A stretch of 64,000 nucleotides of DNA. It comes from Hyphomicrobiaceae bacterium (GTDB lineage: Bacteria; Pseudomonadota; Alphaproteobacteria; Rhizobiales; Hyphomicrobiaceae). The stretch covers positions 8,234-72,233 of the forward strand of contig JAWKWD010000017.1 in assembly GCA_041397805.1 (NCBI GenBank). Direction: 5' to 3'. Position numbers and translations under genes: made by a program. Below the pieces are notes generated by a model. The model searched no databases, had not been told where the DNA came from, and was given only the letters and a program-made list of their open reading frames with translations. Positions 32,494-41,059 of this stretch are shown one piece after another; the stretch's first letter is position 1; every line of letters begins with the position of its first letter.

Positions 32494-34131
32494 TCAGGCC
32501 GACACGACCACCGGCTCGGGCGCGCTCTTGCCGAGGATCAGATCCGAGGCCTTGTCCGCGATCATCATCGTCGCTGCATTCAGGTTGGCGGACAGCATCG
32601 TCGGCATCACCGAGGCATCGATCACGCGAAGCCCCTGCACTCCGTGCACCCTGAGCTGATCGTCGACGACGGCCAGGCGGTCGCTTTCCGGGCCCATCCG
32701 GCAGGTGCCGTTGGGATGGAACGTGGTCGTGCCTCTCTCCTTGGCAGCGCCCAGAAGCTCGTCGTCGCTCTGCACTTTGGGACCCGGAAAATCCTCGTAG
32801 TCGAAATAGGGCTCGAGCGGTTTCGAGGCTAGCAGGCGCCGCGCGAGCCGCATGGCGGCGAGCAGGACGCGTCGATCGCTGTCTTCGGCTAGATAATTCG
32901 GCTGGATGATCGGCGCGTCGAACGGATCAGCGCTGCGAATCCGCACATAGCCTTTGCTGTCCGGCCGTTGCTGCCACGAGGCGACGGTCATGCCCGGTAC
33001 CCTCTCGAGCTCGCCCTGTACCCCCTCGAGATAGCTCGCGGGCGTGAACGTCAACTGGATATCGGAATTCTCGATGTCGGGGTTGGAGCGCCAGAAGGCA
33101 TAAACGAGGGTTGGCGAAAGCGACAGGACGCCCTTTCGCTGAAACATCCATTTTGCAACCTCCGAGGCAAGCTTCAGCCCGCGCACCCTCTCGTTGATCG
33201 TCTCGATGTTCTTCACCCGCGCGACGAAGCGTGGCGCGTAGTGATCCTTGAGGTGCTCCCCGACCCCTGGCAGGGCGTGGCGCACCTCGATCCCATGCTT
33301 GGCGAGGACGTCGGGCGAGCCGATTCCCGAAAGCTGCAGCAGCTGCGGCGAGTTATACGTTCCACCCGAGAGGATCACCTCGCGCGACGCTTTGAGCTCG
33401 ACGACTGCGCCGCCTCGCCCTCCTTTGGCGTAGCGGACACCCCGCACCCGCTTGCCCTCCATGATGAGGCCGGTCGCGTGGGCCTCGGTAACGACGTGAA
33501 GGTTGTGGCGTTTGCGCGCCGGATACAGAAAAGCCCGAGCCGCCGACACGCGCCGGCCGTTCTGGATAGTGCGCTGGGCGTAGGCGACACCCTCTTGCTT
33601 GGCACCGTTGTAGTCGGGATTCCGAGGAATACCGGCCTCGACCGCACCTTGGATGAACGCCTCGCAGAGCGGATGCACCCAATCGATGTCAGACACCGTG
33701 AGGCTTCCGTCTCGGCCGCGGAACGTCTCGTCACCCTCTCCCGTCCGCGCTTCGAGCCGCTTGAAATAGGGCAGCACGTCGGCATAGCCCCATCCCCGGT
33801 TGCCCATCTGCGCCCAGGTGTCGAAATCGAGAGGTTGTCCGCGATTGTAGATATGGCCGTTGATCGACGACGAGCCGCCGAGCGTCTTGCCGCGGGGAGC
33901 ATGGATCCGCCTGCCGCCAGTCCATTCGGAAGGCTCCATGCTGTAGAGCCAATTCACCGCCGGGTGATAGAATGTCTTGATGAAGCCGGCCGGGATGTGG
34001 ATCCAGGGGAGCCAGTCGGGAGGACCCGCTTCGAGCACACACACGCGAGTGAGGCCATCCGCCGTCAGACGGTTGGCCAGCACGCAACCGGCCGAGCCGG
34101 CACCGACGATTACGTAGTCGAAGGTCTCCAC
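32494..34131 (-). CDS. GMC family oxidoreductase (choline dehydrogenase-like), copy 1
   Basis: FDYVIVGAGSAGCVLANRLT FAD motif and C-terminal GTCRMG...VDDQLRVHGVQGLRVIDASVMP GMC signatures. Confidence 0.9.
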   Translation of the reverse strand: METFDYVIVGAGSAGCVLANRLTADGLTRVCVLEAGPPDWLPWIHIPAGFIKTFYHPAVNWLYSMEPSEWTGGRRIHAPRGKTLGGSSSINGHIYNRGQPLDFDTWAQMGNRGWGYADVLPYFKRLEARTGEGDETFRGRDGSLTVSDIDWVHPLCEAFIQGAVEAGIPRNPDYNGAKQEGVAYAQRTIQNGRRVSAARAFLYPARKRHNLHVVTEAHATGLIMEGKRVRGVRYAKGGRGGAVVELKASREVILSGGTYNSPQLLQLSGIGSPDVLAKHGIEVRHALPGVGEHLKDHYAPRFVARVKNIETINERVRGLKLASEVAKWMFQRKGVLSLSPTLVYAFWRSNPDIENSDIQLTFTPASYLEGVQGELERVPGMTVASWQQRPDSKGYVRIRSADPFDAPIIQPNYLAEDSDRRVLLAAMRLARRLLASKPLEPYFDYEDFPGPKVQSDDELLGAAKERGTTTFHPNGTCRMGPESDRLAVVDDQLRVHGVQGLRVIDASVMPTMLSANLNAATMMIADKASDLILGKSAPEPVVVSA

Positions 34132-34244
34132 AAACGCCCCCGGGTTCTCGAACTCGTTTCCCGAGGCGATGCCACACTAAGCTAAGTATCCGCAAGGAAA
34201 AGGTTCTGCTGCCGGTTCGCGCATCAAATCGCTTTGGCGCCCGT

Positions 34245-34454
34245 TCAGGATCCGACGTGGGCGCTCGCCAGGCGGATCAACGACGCATTGATTGACTCGA
34301 TCCGGGCAAGCCATCCCTGCACCTCCGACCCGCTCCCATTGGCCTCCAGAGCCGCCGTCAAGCGGGCGACGCACTTGGCGCGCTCGTCGCGAAGGCTCTG
34401 CAGGGCGAGTTCGAACGCCGATCCTGAACGGTCGATGATGGTGGACATGGCCAT
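34245..34454 (-). CDS. Hypothetical small helical protein (69 aa)
   Basis: ORF upstream of, and co-oriented with, the GMC gene. Weak RBS. No family. Confidence 0.25.
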   Translation of the reverse strand: MAMSTIIDRSGSAFELALQSLRDERAKCVARLTAALEANGSGSEVQGWLARIESINASLIRLASAHVGS

Positions 34455-34669
34455 GACGTTGCTGCTCGGGGGAGCCCCGCGGGGCGGACCCTTGCATAAT
34501 TATCATCGACCCGCTTCCGTTCCCGAAAGTTCGTGCCGAGATTTTCGTTAAATTGCGTTGCATTGCTTCGCGCGACCGGCGCGCCCGAAATTTAGGCGTT
34601 GTCGGTGCTGTCCGGACATGTCAGCGTCCTGGGGATGCTTCGGATCAGCGGCGAACAGGATGAACCGCA

Positions 34670-35542
34670 ATGAGAACCGTCAACGTCGGCGATGTGACCA
34701 TCACCTCGATTGTGGAGCGCGAAGGCCCCTGGCGGCGCCCCGTTGACATGTTCCCCTCCTACGACCACGAAACCGCGAAGACGCACCTCGAAACGCTCGA
34801 GCCCGAGGTTTTCGATCCGGCGACGGGCCTCATGTGCATCACCTACCAGACCTTCGTCGTGCGTACGCCGAAGCATCTGGTCCTCGTCGATACCTGCACG
34901 GGGGCTGACAAGGGCCATCCCGCTCCGTTCGATTTCGACACGACGCCATGGCTCGACAATTTCAAGAGGGCGGGTCTTTCTTTCGAAGAGATCACCCACG
35001 TCTTCTGCACCCATCTCCATATCGACCATACGGGTTGGAATACGCGGCTGGTGAACGGCCGATGGGTCCCGACGTTCCCCAACGCCAAGTACATCTTCCA
35101 CAAGGATGAGTACGCTTACTGGGAAGCGGCCACGAAAGAGGGACGCAATCCCCCCGGCAACGTTTGGACCTACAACTGTCGGCCGATCGTCGAGGCAGGG
35201 CAGGCGATCCTCGTCGACAACACGTACGAGCTGGACGACACCTTCTCTCTAACACCCACGCCCGGGCACTCGCCGCGCCACGTCTGCATCAACATCAAGT
35301 CGAAGGGCCAGCGCGCTGTCGTGACGGGTGACATGATGCATCACGCCCTGCAGTGCCGCGAGCCCGAGTGGTCCACGATTTTCGACGTTGATCGAGCCGA
35401 GGCTGCACAGTCTCGGCGCAGTTTTTTGACGCGCGTCTGTGACACGCCGACCTTGGTCCTGCCGATCCACTTTCCCAGCCCGACGGTGGGTGTGATCAAG
35501 CCACACGGAAAGAACGGATTCGACTATCGCTTCGTGCGCTAG
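34670..35542 (+). CDS. MBL-fold metallo-hydrolase (lactonase-like subgroup)
   Basis: CTHLHIDHTGWN (HxHxDH), TPGHSP and GDMMHH metal ligands. 290 aa. Confidence 0.8.
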   Translation: MRTVNVGDVTITSIVEREGPWRRPVDMFPSYDHETAKTHLETLEPEVFDPATGLMCITYQTFVVRTPKHLVLVDTCTGADKGHPAPFDFDTTPWLDNFKRAGLSFEEITHVFCTHLHIDHTGWNTRLVNGRWVPTFPNAKYIFHKDEYAYWEAATKEGRNPPGNVWTYNCRPIVEAGQAILVDNTYELDDTFSLTPTPGHSPRHVCINIKSKGQRAVVTGDMMHHALQCREPEWSTIFDVDRAEAAQSRRSFLTRVCDTPTLVLPIHFPSPTVGVIKPHGKNGFDYRFVR

Positions 35543-36057
35543 CTCGTCAGGATGTTGCATCGGTGCCGGCGCGATGCGCGGCAACGATGGGCGCCGATCC
35601 CGGTGCTATGCGCCACTTTCGCATACGAGAACGCGCAGGACCCGGCGCCAGGCTGCCGCCGCGAGCCTTTCTCGTCGCCCGTAGATGTGGAATTGCTCCG
35701 CACGCCACACGCGCGATGGCCTTGCCTTCGAGTTCGATCCAGACCAGATGATGGCCGGACCGAGGCACGATGCCCGAGCCTCGAAAATTCTGGAAGTGGC
35801 GATGCCGAACCGGGTCGTAGATCAGCCAGCTCCTGCCAGACTAATCCCTGGGCCCCTCCATCAAGCGAAGCTCTTGCCTCAGCTCCGGCACGCCGCTACG
35901 GCTTCCTGTGCATGGATGCGCTGCTGGTAGAGTCCTTGCGAACCGCTCGAGCAGGCGTAACGCGCCCGCGGCGGCGAAATCGGTGAAGAACCGGTCGGGG
36001 CATCTGAGCGTAATCACAAGGGGAAACGCCTCTCGCTATAAAGGAAGCGCTCCGCGC

Positions 36058-36843
36058 ATGGTCGCCAGAAGCCGCAATCGGATAGTCAAGTCGAGGCCAG
36101 GTCCTCAGGGTGCGCAGGAGATCCCGTGTGAATCATGTCCGCTCCGGCAGATGGAGACGTTCCGGAAATTCACCAAGGAGGAGCTGGCATTCATTTCGAA
36201 CTTCAAGATCGGAGAGATGACGGTCCAGGCCGGATCGACGATTTTTCTCGAGGGGCATAACAGCCCGCACCTGTTCACCGTCCTCGACGGCTGGGCAATG
36301 CGGTTCAAGATCCTTCAGGATGGGAACCGGCAAGTCTTCAACTTCGCGTTCCGGGGCGACCTGCTCGGCTTGCAGAGTGCACTCTTCGACAAGATGCTTC
36401 ATTCGGTGGAGGCATTGACCGATATGCGCCTCTGCGTGTTTCCGAGAGAGCGCATTTGGGAGCTTTACCATGAGCAGTCCAATCTGGCCTACGATATGAC
36501 TTGGATGGCAGCTCGCGAGGAATCCATCCTGGCCCAGCATCTCGCAGCCGTCGGTCAGATGCCTGCGTTGGGACGAATAGCATACCTTATAGTTTTCTTG
36601 CTGCATCAGGTCCGTCGCGGGGGACGCGGAAACGAATCCGTCATCAGCGCCCCGATAACGCAAGAGCATATCGGCGATGCCATGGGCCTCTCACTCGTCC
36701 ATACGAACAAGACGATTAGGAAGCTCCAGGCGATGGGCTGTATCGAATGGCAGCGTCAAGTGCTTCGGGTTCTGGATGAAAAGAGACTGATCGAGCTCTC
36801 CGGCTACGATCGTCAGGAACGCGAGGAACGCCCATTTCTCTGA
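36058..36843 (+). CDS. Crp/Fnr family transcriptional regulator
   Basis: cNMP-binding-like beta-roll (GSTIFLEGHNSPHLFTVLDGWAMRFKILQDGNRQVFNFAFRGDLLG) and C-terminal HTH (TQEHIGDAMGLSLVHTNKTIRKLQ). Local GC visibly lower than the surroundings. Confidence 0.8.
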   Translation: MVARSRNRIVKSRPGPQGAQEIPCESCPLRQMETFRKFTKEELAFISNFKIGEMTVQAGSTIFLEGHNSPHLFTVLDGWAMRFKILQDGNRQVFNFAFRGDLLGLQSALFDKMLHSVEALTDMRLCVFPRERIWELYHEQSNLAYDMTWMAAREESILAQHLAAVGQMPALGRIAYLIVFLLHQVRRGGRGNESVISAPITQEHIGDAMGLSLVHTNKTIRKLQAMGCIEWQRQVLRVLDEKRLIELSGYDRQEREERPFL

Positions 36844-36947
36844 TCCCGGCGCCGCTGGGATTGTTGGCCCCGAAAGGCCTGCGTGCCACCGGTCCCGCTC
36901 AGGCGACCCATCCCGTTTGATCTTCGGTCCTGAATCCCCGCTTCCCT

Positions 36948-38915
36948 CTACGACGCCGTGGCTTCCGCCCCAAGGGTGCTCGTCTCGTTGCTTGCATCGA
37001 CAGGCTTCTCGCCACTGAGTGCAGGATCGTCCTTCCGCGTGGCGACCGTGACCAGAGAAATGATCTCGCGCACCGTCTGCGTCTTTTGCTTGCGGTGGCG
37101 CGACGCGCTTGGGCGAAGATCGGCGACGAGCCCATCGGCCAGGCACATCACCCTTGTCGCCGGCAGGTCACGTTCGGCGCGCTCCGCCAGGATGGCAAGC
37201 TGCGCCGAAGTCACGCTGGCCTGTGCCACGATAATCAGGATCTCGAGGGGCAACTCGCGGTCGCTGGACAGCCCCGAAATCGCGGACATCCCCGAGAGGA
37301 CATCTATGGCGCGAGCGGGCTTGCCTGAACGATCGGCGATGATGCGGGCAACGGTCTTCGCACACGCAGCGTCGATCTCCCCGCGGGCGCCCACAACAAC
37401 GATCCGCGCGTTATCGGTGAGAGGCGCCTCGAGCTCATTGCGCCGGAGCCACTGAGCCGAAGCATCGTCGAGCGTCTGCGCGATCGAGGTCACCCGCTCG
37501 GCCTGGAGGCGACCGAACCTGATATCTCGAGCTGCCAACTGCAACGCAGGAAGTATGATCTCGTCCGCGGTCCTGGATGTCCCGATCGACCCCGACGCGT
37601 CCTCCAGCTCTTCGAGTGCCCCGAGCGAATCCTTTGCGAGCAAGCGCTGATAGAACGCCTGAGCAGGCGTCAGCGGCTCCTCGTTTCCCAGCAGGACGCT
37701 CACGATCTCGAGTGATGGAACGTACCGCCCGATCACTACGAGGGCCATCGCGATGGGGGCAGCCAGAAGTAAACCTATGGGACCCCAGACCAGTGTGCAT
37801 AAGGCCGCCGCCGACACCATTGCGAAGGGCGTAAGGCCCACTTGGCGACCCAGGAAGTGCGGCTCGACGAAGTTCCCGATGACGAGCTCTCCCAAGACGA
37901 AGAAGATTGTCGTGATGGCAACCGGTGTCCATTCCGCCGAGACGCCAGCCGATAGGACGAGCGGCGGCAGGACAGCGATGAGGACGCCGATGAACGGGAC
38001 AAATCGCATGCAAGCCGCCAATATGCCCCAGACCAGCGCGCCTGGAACGCCGACGCTCGCCAGAACGACCGTAACGATCGCGCCCCAGCTTGCGGCAATG
38101 ATGCCCTGAGCAAGGAACAGTCTGGAAAGTCTCGCGCCGGCCTCGCTCATCGCACTCGTTGTTTCACTGAGATTGTCGACTCCGAGGACGCGGACAAGGC
38201 GGTCTCGCAAGTCTTCGAATTGAATGAGCAGGAACAGAACGAAAAGCAGCGTAAGGCCGGCCATGGTCAGTGGCTCGAGATAGGCTTCGATCAGCGCCGA
38301 AAATCCCTTGCTTTTCTCGTCGCTGACAACGACCGCCGGCTTCTCGGCCCCTGTCGCTGCGGATGAGGGCGCTCCCCACCCCTGTTCGCCGGTTTTCAAT
38401 TCACGGCTTATCCCGTCGCCTATACGTTCGATCGACTTGGACGCGCGCTGGAAAAGGCCACCGTCCCGGCCCACGGAGGAAATGGAGCGCACTTTTACGA
38501 GGATATTCTCCCCGTACCGATCGAGCTGCGCTGTCATGGATAGCATTTCGGCGCTGATGAGCAGCGCCAAACCAGCAATTGCTGCGACCACTGCCGCTAC
38601 GACCCCGCTTGCGGCCACGCCTCGGTGCAAGCCCCAAAGCTCCAGACGCCGGACGATCGGAGCCAGCATGAAAGCGATGATCACCGCAATGGCGAGAGGT
38701 ATGAGCACTTCTCGCCCCAAGACGAGAGCGATCAGGACAAGGGCGATTACAGTCAGTCTGGCCGCGAGCTGCAGGGCGGTATCCGACACCAAAGACACGT
38801 TCTTGATCTCCCCCAGGCGTTGGGCGCAGGCATCCGAGAATTCATAGAGCCCGACCCAAGCAAACCAACCGGCGGCGATTCCGTTCCATGAGGGCCCGTG
38901 GTCGAAAGACCGCAT
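36948..38915 (-). CDS. AI-2E family transporter (PerM/UPF0118) with a cytoplasmic C-terminal extension of about 250 aa
   Basis: LIPLAIAVIIAFMLAPIVRRL..., ...FVPFIGVLIAVLPPLVL... and GNFVEPHFLGRQVGLTPFAMV are typical AI-2E motifs. Start uncertain. Confidence 0.75.
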   Translation of the reverse strand: MRSFDHGPSWNGIAAGWFAWVGLYEFSDACAQRLGEIKNVSLVSDTALQLAARLTVIALVLIALVLGREVLIPLAIAVIIAFMLAPIVRRLELWGLHRGVAASGVVAAVVAAIAGLALLISAEMLSMTAQLDRYGENILVKVRSISSVGRDGGLFQRASKSIERIGDGISRELKTGEQGWGAPSSAATGAEKPAVVVSDEKSKGFSALIEAYLEPLTMAGLTLLFVLFLLIQFEDLRDRLVRVLGVDNLSETTSAMSEAGARLSRLFLAQGIIAASWGAIVTVVLASVGVPGALVWGILAACMRFVPFIGVLIAVLPPLVLSAGVSAEWTPVAITTIFFVLGELVIGNFVEPHFLGRQVGLTPFAMVSAAALCTLVWGPIGLLLAAPIAMALVVIGRYVPSLEIVSVLLGNEEPLTPAQAFYQRLLAKDSLGALEELEDASGSIGTSRTADEIILPALQLAARDIRFGRLQAERVTSIAQTLDDASAQWLRRNELEAPLTDNARIVVVGARGEIDAACAKTVARIIADRSGKPARAIDVLSGMSAISGLSSDRELPLEILIIVAQASVTSAQLAILAERAERDLPATRVMCLADGLVADLRPSASRHRKQKTQTVREIISLVTVATRKDDPALSGEKPVDASNETSTLGAEATAS

Positions 38916-38921
38916 CGGTGC

Positions 38922-38946
38922 GGAACCAGCATGCGCATTTCGAGTT
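38922..38946 (+). promoter_or_regulatory. EcfG (sigma-EcfG, general stress response)-type promoter
   Basis: GGAAC (38922-38926), 17 nt, then GTT (38944-38946). Read the other way this is GGAAC-N16-AGTT, against the consensus GGAAC-N16/17-CGTT. It lies about 40 nt upstream of the DUF1328 start codon. Confidence 0.5.
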
Positions 38947-38984
38947 ATGGCTGCAGGATCGGCTGGACTTTAAGGAGTGTCCAA

Positions 38985-39158
38985 ATGGGTAGCCTTCTGC
39001 ACTACGCGATCGTTTTTTTGGTGGTTGCTCTGGTTGCTGCGTTTTTCGGTTTCGGTGGTGTGGCCGGCACGGCAATGGAAGGGGCGCGCATCCTCTTCTG
39101 GGTGGCCATCGTGCTCTTTGTCGTCTCACTCATCGTCGGATTTGTCAGGCGAGCCTAG
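38985..39158 (+). CDS. DUF1328 (UPF0391, YtjA-like) small membrane protein
   Basis: MGSLLHYAIVFLVVALVAAFFGFGGVAGTA...ILFWVAIVLFVVSLI is essentially the family consensus. AAGGAG RBS. 57 aa. Confidence 0.85.
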   Translation: MGSLLHYAIVFLVVALVAAFFGFGGVAGTAMEGARILFWVAIVLFVVSLIVGFVRRA

Positions 39159-39767
39159 CGACTACGCAGAGGGCTATCGAAATGAGCCGGTAGCGGAACT
39201 CCCGTACCGGCTCACCTTCATCGTTCGTGGCCGGAACCGGTCAGCCCATAGGCGGCTAGTGCAGCGGTGTTCAGAACCTTGGACAGACAGAGGTGTGACG
39301 AGGCGGAGAGCGCCAACAACGGCGGTGATAGATCGACCGTGATGAAGCCGTCCCAGTTTCTGAGTGTTGCGCTGGTGAAGGGGCGCGGTCTGCCGGCGAT
39401 GACGCTGAGAACGAGTGTGCAGAAGCCGGCGCGCGATCAGCGTCTGGCGGCGTTGCCAGTTTAGTTGGGGAGGCCTTGGACCGTGTTGTCAAACATGCAA
39501 CATCGCGTCGGCTTTCGTAGGTCGGAGAGAGCACTGAGATCATACAAGTCGACTTGCCGCCTTTGGTCCCGTCCTTACTGCCGGGAGACTTGAACGTGGA
39601 GGTTAGGTTGAGGCCTTTTGGATACAACCGCGCTGTTTTTGCGCGGGCGTTTGTGCGTCGACAGGCCCCTTGTCCGCACCCCTTGTCAACGTCCAGTATG
39701 AGGTGTCCAGATCTCGGGAAGGTTGATAATGTCATGCGAAGAAGACGGGAATAAGCCTGGAAGAGCT

Positions 39768-39974
39768 ATGGCAGGCGATCGTAAATCCATCACTGGCTCT
39801 TCGCCGGAGACGCAAGAGACACGTCTGCCATCGGAGGCGCGGGATCGCATTGGTCAGGAACTCCGCAGACTCTACAATGGTATGATGGCTGAACCGATGC
39901 CCGAGCAATTCGCAAGGCTGCTGGCCGAACTTGCTGACTCTGAGAAGTCTGAAAAGATCAAAGGGTCCGAATGA
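39768..39974 (+). CDS. nepR: Anti-sigma factor NepR
   Basis: RDRIGQELRRLYNGMMAEPMPEQFARLLAEL matches the NepR core (IGxxLRxxYxxxxxEPxPxxFxxLLxxL). The start may instead be at 39723. Confidence 0.75.
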   Translation: MAGDRKSITGSSPETQETRLPSEARDRIGQELRRLYNGMMAEPMPEQFARLLAELADSEKSEKIKGSE

Positions 39975-40089
39975 AGCGTCCATGGGGCGGATGAGGCCCC
40001 CCCCGGCACGGCTGTGGTCGTACGCGCGCTTCGGCCTATCGAGCATCGCAGCAGCCTTATCGTGGTGGATGCGCGCCAAGGAGTGAAAA

Positions 40090-40920
40090 ATGACCGCGTC
40101 GATTGCTGATCTCATTGCGCCTCAGCTACCGCCGTTGCGGATGTTCGCGCGAGCCCTGACGGGATCTCAAGATAGCGGTGATGGCTACGTAGTGGCGACG
40201 CTCGAGGCACTCCTGGCAGACGCAAGAATTTTTCGTCGCGATCTGCCCGCCAAAACGGCGGCATTCCGAGCCTTCATGAAGGTGTGGATGGCATCTCCGA
40301 TCAATCACACCACGGAGAGCGTCGAGGAGGGAGGGGCTACGACTGCCGACCGCCGGATTGAGACATTGTCGGTTCAGCCGCGCCAAGCGTTTCTGCTGGC
40401 CGCGCTCGAGGACTTCGGACCTGCCGACATTGCGCAGATCATGGATATCGACGAGAACGCCGTGGCGCGCTTGATCGACCAGGCCGGCCGGGAGATTGCC
40501 GAGCAGATTGCGGCACGTGTCCTGATCATCGAGGACGAGGCGCTGATTGCGATGGATATTGAAGGCATCGTGACCGACATGGGACACGAGGTCATCGGCA
40601 TCGCCCGGACCCGTGCAGATGCCGGGGCACTCGCTTCGCAGAAGAAACCGGGTCTCGTACTCGCCGATGTGCAACTGGCCGACGGCAGCTCCGGCATCGA
40701 CGCGGTAAATGACATTCTTCAGTCGATCAATGTGCCCGTAATTTTCATTACGGCCTATCCTGAGCGCCTGCTGACTGGCGAGCGTGCGGAGCCGACGTTC
40801 CTCATCTCGAAGCCCTTCCGCTCGGAGATGGTGAAGGCCGTCATAAGCCAGGCATTGTTCTTCGACGTGAAAGCAGGTGGCCCCGATAGACGTCCAGCGA
40901 AGGGTAAGGTGTCCGGCTGA
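40090..40920 (+). CDS. phyR: PhyR, sigma-factor-mimic response regulator (anti-anti-sigma factor of the general stress response)
   Basis: N-terminal ECF-sigma-like domain (LRMFARALTG..., QPRQAFLLAALEDFGPADIAQIMDIDENAVARLIDQA) fused to a receiver (RVLIIEDEALIAMDIEGIV...LVLADVQLADGSSGIDAV...PVIFITAYPE). AAGGAG RBS. Confidence 0.9.
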   Translation: MTASIADLIAPQLPPLRMFARALTGSQDSGDGYVVATLEALLADARIFRRDLPAKTAAFRAFMKVWMASPINHTTESVEEGGATTADRRIETLSVQPRQAFLLAALEDFGPADIAQIMDIDENAVARLIDQAGREIAEQIAARVLIIEDEALIAMDIEGIVTDMGHEVIGIARTRADAGALASQKKPGLVLADVQLADGSSGIDAVNDILQSINVPVIFITAYPERLLTGERAEPTFLISKPFRSEMVKAVISQALFFDVKAGGPDRRPAKGKVSG

Positions 40921-41059
40921 CATGGTGACGGAGCGGGAGAGTTCCGCGAAGTTCGCCGGTCGATCAAGGCGCATTGGCGAGCGTCCCCGCTTTCGCGCGT
41001 TTTGGAGTGAAACAGAGTTCCGCATCTTCCCTTCGGCCTTCGGCTGCTGAGGCTCGGGC

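Noticed and set aside
35547-35830. Short minus-strand frame (..LIYDPVRHRHFQNFRGSGIVPRSGHHLVWIELEGKAIARV..) in the 515-nt gap between the MBL hydrolase and the Crp/Fnr gene, possibly a gene remnant
   Set aside because: There is only about 40 aa of protein-like sequence, followed by an Arg/Ala/Gly-rich tail. It is interrupted by an upstream stop, and no family could be recognised.
36011-36040. AGAAC-N17-CGTAA upstream of the Crp/Fnr gene as an EcfG-type promoter
   Set aside because: The -35 lacks the first G and the -10 deviates. The match is too weak to call without a genome-wide background frequency.
39271-39735. 154-aa minus-strand ORF in the DUF1328-nepR intergenic region, considered as a candidate degenerate ecfG
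   Set aside because: The translation is Ser/Arg/Pro/Thr-rich with no sigma-70 region 2 or region 4 motifs. It does not support a sigma factor or a pseudogene of one.
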